Assembly: GCA_002269645.1 (NCBI GenBank)
Contig: NIVC01003019.1
Span: forward strand, 60,947 to 124,946
Direction of reading: 5' to 3'
Source: Macrostomum lignano
Taxonomy: Eukaryota
DNA length: 64,000 nucleotides
The position numbers and the translations under genes were made by a program. Positions within the stretch are counted from its first letter, which is position 1. Each line of letters begins with the position of its first letter. Below are positions 45,439-57,906 of the stretch, one piece after another. Below the pieces are notes generated by a model. The model saw nothing but the letters and a program-made list of their open reading frames with translations, was not told where the DNA came from and did no database searches.

Positions 45439-46225
45439 GATCAGTGTTGCGCAGTACTTCTTGCTGGTCCTCAAAAAATTGTGCAGCTCTGTAGCTGAAG
45501 GAATAAAAAAGGGTGGTTATTTTAGTATACAGTAATAATATTATGTTTCGATCCATCTATTTCCATCTTGTAGCACCTTGGTACTTGGATTTTGATTTGG
45601 AATAGTATATATTGATATTATCAACAGTAACAATCTCCTATTGGACTTGGAAGTTTATTTCATGAAGAATAAAGTGACTTAAAATTTGTGATTGGCCATC
45701 ATAATTAAGATGCAAAATGCACCAAAGTAAGAACAGCAATATAGCAATAAATGAAAAACAAATTTAATACCATCAGAACTTAAAATAGGCTCAACAAGCA
45801 CAATGCAGGAACCTAAGGATATACCTCTAGAACATGGGCAAGGTACTGATGCAATTTCTGTGAAAATTTCTGAGACTGATATTTCACAGAAAATTAGGAA
45901 TTTGGCTATGTTGTACCTGATTCATGGTAATTCACTTTCTGCAATATTGAAGATCCTACTAAAGTTTTTTATCATTGCCATTGTCCTCAAGAAGACTTCT
46001 TAAAACTCTATAGCAGACAACTTGCACTACAATGGTTGCTGGAAAGTTTACTTACTTTGGATTGCAAGAGGGAATATTGGACAGAATTCACTTATCATCT
46101 AAAAAGCTTCAGCGGCAAATTAATATCAATGGTTTGCAAGTTGGAATTAATTCTAAAAATGAATATATATATCTCTTCCTACAAGAAATCTAATTACTTG
46201 TCGAAACGACAAATGGTAGCAGAGT

Positions 46226-47330
46226 GTGGAGATGCCTAAAAACACCAGGAAGCAGCAAGCTAGAGAGCAGCAGGATGCTCCTACAAGTGACATCAACGCT
46301 CTCATAACTACCATGACTACAATGATGCAGCAGCAACAACAACAGCAACAGGCACTCGTACTCCAGAATCAGCAGCTGATCTCACAGCTTCATACACCTC
46401 CAGCAGCTGACAATGCTGCCACTGCCACGCCTGTAGCTTTATGCCTAGCCATCTTCCTTGGCAACAAACTCCTGCACAAGCTGAAGATGCCAACCTTTGA
46501 TAGAGAAGACTTCGCCAGTTTTCCAGTGTTCTGGAACTCATTCAATCATCGCATTGACAGCATCAACATGTTGGACATCGATAAGTTCGAAACCCTTTGT
46601 GGCTCACTCACTGGAGCTGCTCATTGGAAGGTCAGCGGACTAGACCCTTGCCGGCCTGGAGCCTACTCCAAAGCACGATGGATTCTTGAACTAAACTATG
46701 GGGATCTTCAAGAGCACAAGTGCGCGTGTTACAACTGCCTCCTTCAGATGACTGCCCTCACTACCATAGACTACCAGATCCTCGAAGAGTTTGCTGACAC
46801 TCTGCGCCTGACTCTTGGTCAGCTGACCTGTCTAGAGGAGCCTACCGCGGCCATGGACGCCTACATCTTTGCTGTCTGGCCAAAGTTACCCCACTCATTG
46901 CAGCTGGACATCCAGGAGACTCGCATTAAGGCAGATCGCACTCCCATGCCAACTATGGACAAGCTTCAGAAACATCTAGATGTCAAGCTTTGAGCTCTCC
47001 GTGCCTCTATTACCATGGCAGAGCTGACCACAGATTTGCCATCAATGATGGTTCCCTTTGCGGGCACCAGTCTCATCAACCTTTAGTCCCCCCGGACTAC
47101 AGTCAGCGCTTACCGGCCTAGTTTTACTTCCAACCGGAAACAGGAGCCGAAAAATTGTTTTTCTCACAGCATCCATGGTAAGAATGTTGCCTGTGTCTTC
47201 TGCGATAAGCATGGCCATAGTCCTCTCCATTGCGATCAGGCCCATCTAGAGGTGGTGAGAAAAAAGAGACTCTGCTACAACTGTCTCCATCAATATGCAG
47301 TTCGTGATTCTTTTCAAGAGGCCCTTCAAT
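46226..47330 (+). mobile_element. Bel/Pao LTR-retrotransposon gag remnant (degenerate)
   Basis: DUF1759-like motifs KLKMPTFD..F..FWNSF..IDS..DIDKF..L...LTGAA..Y..A..IL...YGD are present. After a stop and a frameshift come the zinc knuckles CVFCDKHGHSPLHC and LCYNCLHQY. No pol or LTRs were seen. Confidence 0.8.
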
Positions 47331-47698
47331 ATATGATTTAATGTTAACAGATCTGCAACGCAAACTGCAATTATTAAAGCATGTCAATTTCAATCAATAT
47401 TATCACTTAAAGTTATATGTTTAGCACCTTTTGCCCCCCCCCAATCTGTCGGATTCTTATCATCCAATGTTTCCCTTTAATTTGTAGCCTTGCGCTTTAA
47501 GTTCAAACTCAGTTGTGTCTCACTCAATTAATAGTCTATGGCACCCATACAGACTGCAGCTCAGCCCGCCTTCAAATCAATCACATCTTTAATATTTGAC
47601 AAATATATATCTTCCTATAAGAAAACTAATTAATTGTCTAAACAACAGCTCAGTATTGCAATTTTCTATCTATGCTACTCTGAAAAATGCAGTCAGCT

Positions 47699-47988
47699 GG
47701 TCAATTATTCAAAAGAACTTATTAGGCTGTTCATGTCAAAATGCTTTAAGATTTATAGTAACAGCTTCATGAGCCACAGTGTCCATAGCCTAATTTATCT
47801 TCCATACTACGTCAAGCAAAATGGACCATTTGACAGCTTGGACCATTAGCTAGTCAATTATTCAAAAGAACTTATTAGGCTGTTCATATCAAAATGCTTT
47901 AAGATTTTTTGGTAGCAGCTTCATGAGCCACAATGTGCATAGCCTGATCCATCTTTCACACTACATCAAATGGACCATTTGACAGCTT
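47699..47988 (+). repeat. Diverged tandem duplication, ~153-bp period
   Basis: gtcaattattcaaaagaacttattaggctgttcat..atggaccatttgacagctt occurs at 47699 and again at 47852. Confidence 0.85.
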
Positions 47989-50336
47989 TTTTAGCATTTA
48001 AGTTAAAAAAGCAACATGTAGTCAATAAAATCAAAGGTTAGAAATAGTCACTTACTTCACAAACAAGTCTGCAACCAAATCCACAAAGACAGAAATGCCC
48101 GTTTGCATTGGTTAGCTAAGAAGAGCATGAGTTTTATTGGCTAGCACTGGTCAAGTCCAATTCTTAACCTGCTACTTTCAAGCATTGAGCACTTGCAATG
48201 GCTCTCTTGCACTGCAAGTGATTCATTCATTGAAGGATTTGTAAGTTGCTATTATAAAAAAGTTTGCTGATTGACAGACAAAAACCTAATGTGCTAGTAT
48301 TTGAAGACCAAGGACTTATTTGTCCTTTTTAAGTATCCTTTTAAAATCCAAGAAGCTTGTTATTGTCGTTTTGTCAGATTTAGATTTAGCTAACCTTTAT
48401 GTATTGTAGCTTACAAATATAATAAAGAAGTTCTATAGACTGCTTATCAACAATAAGGTTGTTTTTAGACTCATGTTTTTTTTGTAAAAAAATGTTGCAG
48501 ATACAATTTTGCATTGTTGAATTTGCTAACAAATCAGGTGAATAGGTTAGCTAGGCCTGACTCATAGGATACACCTAATGTTATTGGCCACCAAAAACTA
48601 TAACAATGGTCATTAAGTTAAGATCAAAGTATGCTGCACTTTTCTATTATAATTTATTCTCTATTTATAGCCTAGGCCTAACTAGTCATAATGCTGACCA
48701 TAATAGTAGCAAATGTCATTTAATACCATCAGCAATGATAGTGTTCTAGCTGCCTTATCTTGGGTCTTCCTTGGTACTAGCTTATGTTTAACAACTTTAT
48801 TAAGGCAATTGGAATCACATTGCTTGATAGGCCTAGCTAGACAAATGGATAGTAATTGATAGTCACTATATTTTCATATATTTCAATATTTAAAAAATGC
48901 TTTCAATTGATTTTGTGACATTTGTAACATAAACATTTTGCTTTCAATATGTTTCTTATACTAAAATGTATGGTTTCTTATGTTATGCAACTTGAAAAAA
49001 AAGCAAAAACTTAGTTACATAGGCCTATTGCCTATATAAAATGTCTCTAATATTTTTATATTGCTATATTGTTTTATTCTTAATTGTAGATATAGTTATT
49101 CTAGATTTCCCCTATAAAAAGACTTGCAGAGGTGACCTAAGTTAATGTACATATCTACAGTGACAAATTTAAGAGAGGTGCACAAGGTGCATACCCCCAT
49201 TGAATTAGAATTAATTTTTTTATATGGAACATACACATTGTTGTATATATATACATGTAGATAATATTCATATACATGTGCCTTAGTATCTATGCCCCTC
49301 TTGTTAAAAATTTTCTAGATCTATACCTGTATATCTATTATATTTATACTAATAATGAATTGTTTTTATTTGTGAACTATTTAAGAAATGCAATCTATAA
49401 ATACAATGCAAAGTTTTTACATTTTTCTTTATTATTTGTATATATACTATTCAGTCATACATTTCTATAAGTGATGATTATATTATTGTCTTTCATTTTT
49501 CATCACAATTTTACTATGTAGTTATACATCTACATGTACAAGTTCACAATATTAGGCCCCCTATGGCAGTTTACATGTACAATATGAGCATACTGTACGC
49601 TCAATTCAGCTATATACTATAGTCAGATTGACATAGTTTGCTTTTGTATATAGGAAAAGCTTTTCTGTAATATTAGGTGTCCAAGGCTTTATTTTAAAGT
49701 TAAGACATGTGTAAATATATGTAACTGATATTTAAGGACTCAGAGACAAAAGAAATCAAAAGAGTGTAGCAAAAAATATCTGAAGTATCATTGGCCATTG
49801 GGCCTTTTTAATTTCAGTCTAGACACACTTCAAGGGAAATTTTTGCCAAATATAAACATTAACTACGAGCTCACGCAATGTCAATTAAAAGCAGGGGCAT
49901 GCGTAAGCTTTAGATTGAAATTTAACCAACAACAAACAAATCTTTTAGCAGAGCAGGAGTTTATTTTTCAACTGAGCAGGAAATATGCAAGCATGCTTTA
50001 AACACAAAAATGTCTGTAGTGTCAGCTACAATATTATATGTGTAACACATTGTTGTTGCAGAGATGGGCGTAAAGCCAAGGTATAGAAATTATTTTCTGT
50101 TCAAAAAGATCTTTTTAAAGTTCGGAAAATTCCTTTCAAACTTAAAGCAGAATAATACTCGTAGTTTTACTAAGGCATTTTTTCTTTAATTCGAACATAA
50201 AAATGAAAAATTTTAGATAAAAAAAAGCTCTTAGATGCATAAAAAGATGGCTAAAATACAGTCTGCATTAAAAAACTTTGTTAACACCCGATATGCAACC
50301 GTCTAGCCCTTAATACGGCACATAGAAATGCGGGCG

Positions 50337-50387
50337 ACTAGACTGCAGTACGGCACGCCATGCAGCCGTGCCGTAACTCAGTCTAGT
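50337..50387. other. 51-nt bipartite palindrome ending in CTAGT on both strands
   Basis: ACTAGACTG-cag-TACGGCACG-ccatgcagc-CGTGCCGTA-act-CAGTCTAGT contains two perfect 9-bp stems. Confidence 0.85.
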
Positions 50388-50549
50388 AGTGTTTTTCTGT
50401 GCTTTGCTCATTTAAACGCGCTTTCTACGAAACTAGGCCTATATTTCTGAAATGTATCATGTATGCCTATCGTAAATTGTATTAAATTAATAATTCTAAA
50501 GAGAGCTATAGAAAATATTGAAAACAGGACCAAACTATTTTCTTGGAGA

Positions 50550-50738
50550 TATTGCCAAGGGAGCCATGGCCCCCTCAGAAGCAAGAAAACTTGTACTGTT
50601 TTGCCCCTGACTAACTATTTGGCCATCTTCCCTTTGGAACCTAAATACCCATTTTGGCTGTTAGACTTAGTCTTAGACACCTATTTTGGTGCCTAGACAC
50701 CCATTTTTGCACTCAGACACCCACCTTGGCTCCCAAGG
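50550..50738. mobile_element. Left arm of an older MITE split by the hAT-like element
   Basis: gccaagggagccatggcccctc..aaaacttgtactgttttgcccctg is followed by agacacccatttt repeats. These continue in the same orientation at 56783-56890. Confidence 0.55.
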
Positions 50739-53700
50739 TAGGGACTCCAGTGAGATTTTGAAAGTTAAAAGTCTGACAGATTTTTTATGCTTATCTGATA
50801 GATCTTACTTTCTTGTTTGCAAAAAGTATTATATTATTAGATTTGGTAAAGGAATAAGAAAGTTGTGGCCATTTTAGTGACCATTTTTTGCGGATTCTCT
50901 TATGGGATATTTGCATTATGGGCTGTGATCATTTTTTCCAAAATATTTGTTTTTTTCGTGGTTGACCAGCAAGAACTTTCGTTTTGTATTACCAATTTTG
51001 CTGTTCTTGGTGTCATTTTTTTGCTTTTTTTCTTGCCTTGCTTGCTATGTACAAGGCAAGTCAGTGGTGTCCTTTCTTCTTAAGTTATTTTGCACTAAGT
51101 ATAGGAAAAATGATAACTGTGTGTGGTCACGGGGGCAATACATATGCTTTTTAAAGCTACAATTTGATTTTATTGATAAATTATTATAAATTTATTATAC
51201 TAAATTTAAAAAACATAATAAATTATATTTATTATATTATTATAAATTAAAATTAAATGTATCATAATAAATAATATATTATAAGTTTATTTATATTATT
51301 ATAAATATTACAAATATATTATAAACTATTGATAACTGAGACATAAATTATATGTCTCATTATTGATAATGAGACATATTCATACTTATTTGGCACTGAA
51401 TCACCTGAGTAACTCAGTAAGTCAATCAATATGTTACCATTCCAGCTGCCACTGGAGTAGACTACTGGAGTACTGACTGACTAAACAATACTATCTATGG
51501 CCACATCCTCCACACCCAAGACCAAGCCCAACCTTCGGCTTCGTGGCAGGTCCAGATCATCCATTCGCCCAGTCACCAATGGCCAGGTGATTACTCATCT
51601 CAAGTCCAGCAGCCAGGCCCATACAGGACTTGACAAGGCCCAGCCGATTCTGAAACTGGTTGGGCTACCTTCTCACTTGATGGAGTTTGTCTCTGACAAT
51701 CTGAAGAAGGCACTCCTGAAAAGGATTAAGGATTTAGAGAGAGAAGCCCAAATTCTGCTGAAGAGTCACACTCGTGAGGCTGCGTCTGGTGATGGCATCT
51801 CGACATATGAGGCCCATTTGGCACGAGAATTCGAACCTCCAGCGGCATTGCAACAGCTGTTGAACCCAATGGCAATGCCGATTGTGCCTTTGTCAACATC
51901 ACCAATGCCAATGGCCTCGAACTCACCGACTCCAGCAAGGCTTGACCAATCGAAGCAGTCTGGCATGAGTGTCTCTGTCGAAGAGAAGATCGGCATCGAG
52001 GCAGCCATTGTTGATCTGCGAGTTCACAAGGCCAAAGCCAAAGTTGCGCAGCTGAAGGCCGCCCTGGCCGAGCAGAAAGCTGAAGTCCGGCGACTGAGGG
52101 CTAAGCTAGCCAAGCGGCCTGAAATTCGCGTCTGGAATCAGCGTCTCAGACGGCTACAAGGCAGATACGACAAGCTGCGTGCTGAGCATGCCAAGCGGCA
52201 GGCCTTTGCATCATCTGCCAGCCGTAGGCGTGACCTGCGCTTGAGGCGTGCCAACAGCCGTAGCAAGTCAAGTCAGCTCGCCACTGAGAGAGTGAAGGAG
52301 CTCAGAGCCGATACCCGCAGTTTGCACGGCCTCATCTGTGAAGCAAACGAGAAGCTTCAACAGCAGAGTGTGGGCTCCATCATCACCAAGACATCACGTC
52401 CGAGTGGAGGACAGCAGTACACGAACCAGGTCATCAGCACCTGTATGCACTTGGTGCTGGACTGCCACGTCCCTGTGCAGCACGTCAAGCCAGCGATTCG
52501 ACGCGTCCTCACGGACCTCGTTGGCATCGACGCCGGCAACTTGGCGCTTCCGTCGCGTTCGCAGGTCAGTGCTTTGAGCTACAGCCTTGGCAGCTGCCTA
52601 GCTAAGGCGAGCGCGATGGAGAAGCTGCTGCATCAGGGGGCAAAGGAGGACCGACCAATAACGATCTTGCATGATGCTACCAGCAAGAAGGGCCGACACT
52701 ATGCCGCCTACCAGGTAAACTTGAGTAATGCATTTTCGTGCATATTGACAAATAATTGGACTTAAAGGAAGGAAATGAATTTAATAATTAATTATTATTA
52801 TTAATATTCACAAAAAGAGAACTTTTAGTTAATAAGAATGAACTTTTATATTCACAATATGCTTTGTATTACATATGCACCATTCATAGGTTGACACTGG
52901 GGACAGCCGCCCGATGGCTGTTTCTCTTCGCGAGGTCGAGGGTGGCACCGCGAACATCTACGCCCGCGAACTGGACTACTCGGTGGAAGAGCTGGTCGAT
53001 CTGTTTTGCTCGGTAGTTCTTGCCCACTCGAGCGACGAAGAGAGACGCCGCCTGAAGTGTAATCTACTGGCACGCGTCAACTTCCTAATGACTGACCGAC
53101 ACGTGGTCAACAAGTGCCTCAACGTACTGCTCAACGAGATGCGGCAGGAGCTGGCAACCCAGCAAGGCGTGAACCCACCTCCACCTGTGACTGCACTGTT
53201 CTGCGGCATGCATGTGATTGTAAATCTTGCTGCTGCCGCAGAAGCTGCGCTGCGCGAGTGGGAGACTTGCATGGCTGCAGAGGCCGTCGGATCTGCTGCC
53301 CTCCCTGGCTTCCGCCCGTCCCAAGCTGAATCTGGCACGCAGCGTCTAATCCGCACCGTCTGCAAGGCGTTCCATGCCCTGGGCAGTGAACAGTGTGGCG
53401 TTGCGATTCCGCTTCAAACGTATCTGGAGTCGAAGGGCGCACCGTCCCTTCGTTTGGACGACTTCCGTGGCAACCGCGCCTACATCACATTTCCCAACGG
53501 GGAAACATTTTCTGGCAGCGAGACCGCCTGTCCGAGTTCCTGGCTGAGTACACCTGCAGCAACCGCCTGCTGATCGCAGTGCAGGCTGACTTGGCATCTG
53601 ATTTGCTGCTGAGTGGCTGCCGTGCACTCGGAATTGCTGACGTTCTGCTAATCCGGCCACTGTGGGTGCTCCTGCGCTGCCGAGACGTGACCCTCACGGA

Positions 53701-56700
53701 CATGAACGAACGCTATGAGCGCGCTTGCAATTGGCTGCGCCAGCTGTCATCGTCCGAGGGCGTTACTGTGGCCAGCAGCATGATTGGCCCATTTCCCGAA
53801 CTGGCCCAGACGGTTCTCCGGGACATCCAGCTGCAGGACATCTGGGCGGCGCTGACGTCTGAGCTGACAGCCTTGGAGAACGAGATTGTCGGCCAGGCTC
53901 TGCAGGTAAATATGGGTTTTGAATTATGAATGCGCTGATTAGTCACAAAGTACAGTACAGTATCAATGAACATTAACGAATGTATAGATTGTAGCTTTTA
54001 TACTTTAAAACACCACTTCAGATCATGGCGACACACATGCTTGTGTTGCTAGAGAGAGAGGTGCGTGACCACCTGCCTGGGGGCACTCTGCGGCAGCTCA
54101 CGCCAGAAGTTGCCCAGCTTGTCTCATCTGCGCCTAAGGACAACGTAGCAGTCGAGCGAGGCTTCGGGATGCTGGATAAGTGCGTCGCAGACAGGCCCAA
54201 CATGCGCCCTCTTGCGCGCGAGTCGCTTGTGCTCTTCGGCTATAACTGCACGTCCGAGTGGCTGGCCGACAAGACGGAGCGCGAGAAGGACCTCCTTCTT
54301 ACCAGGGCACGGAAGCTGGTCCCTCAGCTCGAAAAGCGAGGGAAGGAGAGCGCCGACGCCTTGCGCAGCTGCCGCCAGGAGATTCTCCGCGCCAAGCTAG
54401 CTGAAAAGCAGCGCAAGAAGGACTCGAACGCCGAGAGCATCCGATCCATTCTCCGTGTCATCGAGGCCTACGGCGGACTCTGGCCAACCATCTCCAGGAT
54501 GGACGCTGTGCTGCACCAACTAGCCCCTGACCAGCACGAGAAGGCCATCAAAGCACAGCTGCAACTGCACAAAGCGACCAGTACGTGTGGGCAGAAAAAT
54601 GTGTCTGTTTGCTCACTGCTTAGCATGAAAATTATGTTTCATGTAATATTTTGTAGAGATCCACCTGCCCAAGGACAAGGCCAGCCTGCTCAACTTCTCC
54701 GCGGCTGGTGTCAAGCGCAGTGTGCCTCAACTGCGAAGCCAACTGCGTGAAGTTCTGCAGATAGTGGAACTACAGGACCAGCAAAAGGGTGCCGATGCGC
54801 CCACCGTGCCTCCGTCCGGCCTCCTGGATGCTCGCGAGCGCAAGGAGCGAGTCCGCACTGCCATTGCTGACAGGCTGCAGCGTCGTCAACGGATTCAAGA
54901 TGCAGGAGCTGTGGCTGCTCAAGCTGGGCCTGGCCTTGGTGGACGAGGCGGCGGTCGCGGACGCGGACGAGGTCGAGGTCAAGGACGAGGTCGAGGTCAA
55001 GGACGAGGTCGAGGTCAAGGAGGAGGACGAGGTCAAGGAGGAGGACGAGGACGAGGACGAGGAAGAAGACACGAGGATGAGGGCGACGCCATTGACGAGA
55101 CCACCAATCAGCGGACGCTGGCCAACCTCCCCGATCTGGTGAGCAGAAGAATCGAGATGAAGTTCTGCTTCACAGATGGGGAGGACTGGATACCAGGCCA
55201 CGTCCTCCAGCGACTGCCATCAACCTGCCAGAGCAGGGACATTCTCAGCCAGGAGTTCAAGGTTGTGTTCGATGATTTTGAAGGGGAGTACACCTATGAC
55301 CTCAACAAGGACTACCTGGCTGGCGAATTGAATGTTCTCTCTGATGACGATGACGATTATGATGATGATGATGACTAAGTGTATTCATTGTTTAACAAAG
55401 TTTTTCAAGCACAGCTTGGTCTGTTCACAAAACGTAGTTGCCTGAGATTCATATTATGTACTATCTCCCACACAGATTAGCACCTAGGCTAGTATTTGCA
55501 TGTTAAGTCTTCAGAGTTTGCACCCAAAATAATCACTCATTATTACAATGAAGAATCTAGCTAACTCAGTAGCTGCATAAGTCAGAAGACATTCAAACAA
55601 AATGGCTGCTTTTCAATGCCATATAAAAAATCACCTACCTGCTTTTATTGCACAGGCATAAACCTATTGCAACAGTTCCACGGTACTCTGTACCATACAT
55701 ACCATACATTTTTGAGAGTTTGCATCGTTGACCAGACGAATGCCAGGGGTCGCTTGTTGGGATCACTATGCTGGGGTCTGATATCCAGCAGCTTTCCAAC
55801 GGAAGCCTCTCATATGACCCCCATGTACAATGTGTACATAGAATAGAAGAGTACACATCTTGAAGACAGCAGTTGTAATGGTTATCATGGAAATGAATTT
55901 CAAGACAGTGTGTATTGACTTCATAGTGCAATTAACTTACAAAATACAGTTTAAAAATGTTCATTTTTCCTACTAATAAGGTGACGATGCAATTGCATTT
56001 GCACTGAAAGTCATAGTTACTCCTGCCGTTTACCTGAATCTCGCTGAAACATATTGATGCTCATATTTCTAAGTGCGCGGTCAGTTGTCAGAAGGAACTT
56101 TCATTCCTCACACTTGTCATGCAATTATGTATGAAAGTCAATATCAACTGTATTTGTGCGTCTCTTTTTTTCTCAAAAAAAATAAAAAATATATTTTAAA
56201 TAGACATTTACTTTGATTTTACTATGATCTTTGAATCAACTTAGTAGCAATGCGCGACTAGGTAATCCCAAACGGTTTTCTGCATGTCCTTCCACTTGCA
56301 ACAAAGAATAAAGAAATTTACATTTGAATTCCGTGCAGCAATCGGATGATACAAAGAAATCGAAGAAAAAAATTTGGACTACCCCTGTAGGCAACAGGGA
56401 ATATTTTTTTCTTCTGAAATTTACATAAAATGATACTTAATTATGCCTAGATTGCTTTTATATTGATTATTTTTGTTTAAAACGGTCATTTCGTTATTAA
56501 AAATTAGACTTTCCAAAGTCACGATTTTTACCGTAAAATAGGCTTCATTTTGCATGGGAATGCAAAAATGATGAAACTTTAACTGTCCATAACTTTGTCT
56601 CTGATCGACTTTAGAAGCTGTTTGAGCACTCATTTTGAAGTACATTTATTGTGCTTTTTATTGTGTATTTCAGTTTTTACACAGTCATATTTTTTCTATC

Positions 56701-56782
56701 TTAGTTTTCTGTTTGAAGTAGGTGCTAAATGTACGTTTTTTCTAGTTTCAACCACGCTACTCGGAGCTCGCCGGAGTCTCTA
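50739..56782 (+). mobile_element. Full-length hAT-like DNA transposon, 6,044 bp, 7-bp TSD
   Basis: The left TIR TAGGGACTCCAGTGAG (50739) matches the right TIR reverse complement TAGAGACTCCGGCGAG (ending 56782) at 13/16 positions. The TSD CCCAAGG lies at 50732-50738 and 56783-56789. The element contains the spliced transposase gene. Confidence 0.85.
51497..55378 (+). CDS. DDE transposase (hAT-like, CxxH) with N-terminal coiled coil, RGG tract and C-terminal Tudor/Spindlin-like domain; ~1170 aa; one 1-bp frameshift
   Basis: Exons 51497-52714, 52890-53905, 54022-54580 and 54657-55378 are GT-AG and phase-consistent. Catalytic motifs are ILHDATSK (D), FLMTDRHVVN (D), FCGMH (CxxH) and DNVAVERGFG (E). 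The frameshift lies at GGGG 53499-53502. The C-terminus reads LVSRRIEMKFCF..DWIPGHV..FKVVFDDFEGEYTYDLNKDYLAGELNVL. Confidence 0.85.
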
Positions 56783-56890
56783 CCCAAGGAGATACCTCTA
56801 AGACACCCATTTTGGCTCCCAAGGAGACACCTCTGAGATAACCAAGCATTGGCTTGCCCCCCTCAAGAAATTCTTGGATCTGCACAAGAC
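56783..56890. mobile_element. Right arm of the older split MITE
   Basis: agacacccattttggctcccaagg..gcccccctcaagaaattcttggatctgcac resembles a degenerate MITE terminus of the ...CCCCCC..CCTGGATCCGCCCCTG type. Confidence 0.55.
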
Positions 56891-57906
56891 ATTGGTGGTA
56901 TATAAAGATTATAATAAAGCTATAGTATATATGATTATAGTTTATTGCTACAGAGTATGGTATATAACTTAAGCTAATGGTAAATAAAAAGTCAGTGCTC
57001 AAATACAGTTATTAAGTTTATCAATTTTGTTCCAGTTCTAGCTAGAAAGCTATGGTTGGTTTTACTTTTTTCCTGACATAATAAAAAAACTTGTTCTGCG
57101 AGTTTAATTTCTTTGAAATGGGTCCTTTATTTTAATTTTTAGACAAAATGCTTGCCTTCCTGATCTAGTATTTACTTATTGTCCTTATTTAATGTCCATT
57201 CATCATTCTCATTTTCTCTATACTATATGTAATTTTTAACCTTGAATTTTGTTCTTTGTAACTAGAAGCACTATATTGTGACCTTTTTAAATCATATAAA
57301 TACTAAATTTGATATTTGATCATGAACTACTTGTAATAAAAAAATATTGCAAATGTATATTTTGTGACCACAGGTGTCCATTTATCTATGTCCCTTTGAA
57401 ATGTTATCATGTTTTTAGTAACTCTATAATTGATTTCAATAGTAGGCCCTAGGTATGTTGTAAAAAGCTTTTTTTCTTAGTTTTTACTGCTAATGTAATT
57501 TCTACAATATGATTTAACTAAATGTCTTAGCTTACAATTTATAGCACAATATATGTACTCATTGACACTTCCAATTTGTATCAATGAGTTAATTATCCAT
57601 TCATTGAGGTTTAGTATCAGTGGAAACACAATAGAAAGAAATTTTTTATTATGAAAACATGCCTTTTGTGTTTTGGGCTTCATATATTAGGCTATTGGTA
57701 CCTTTTTAGACCATGAAATCTATATAAATTTTGGATTAATCCACAATAGGCTATTTTATTATACACTGCATTTTTGAACAATAATAATATAGGCCTAGCA
57801 TTGCACTTAATATGCAACCATCTAGCCTTTATATGGCACATAAAAATGGGGTGACTAGACAGTAATATGTTATGCTGCTACGCCATGCTATGACAATTAC
57901 TAGTAG

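Noticed and set aside
51121-57372. TGTGGTCAC / GTGACCACA inverted match as the transposon TIRs
   Set aside because: There is no TSD and the match is short. The 50739/56782 pair has a longer match and an exact 7-bp TSD.
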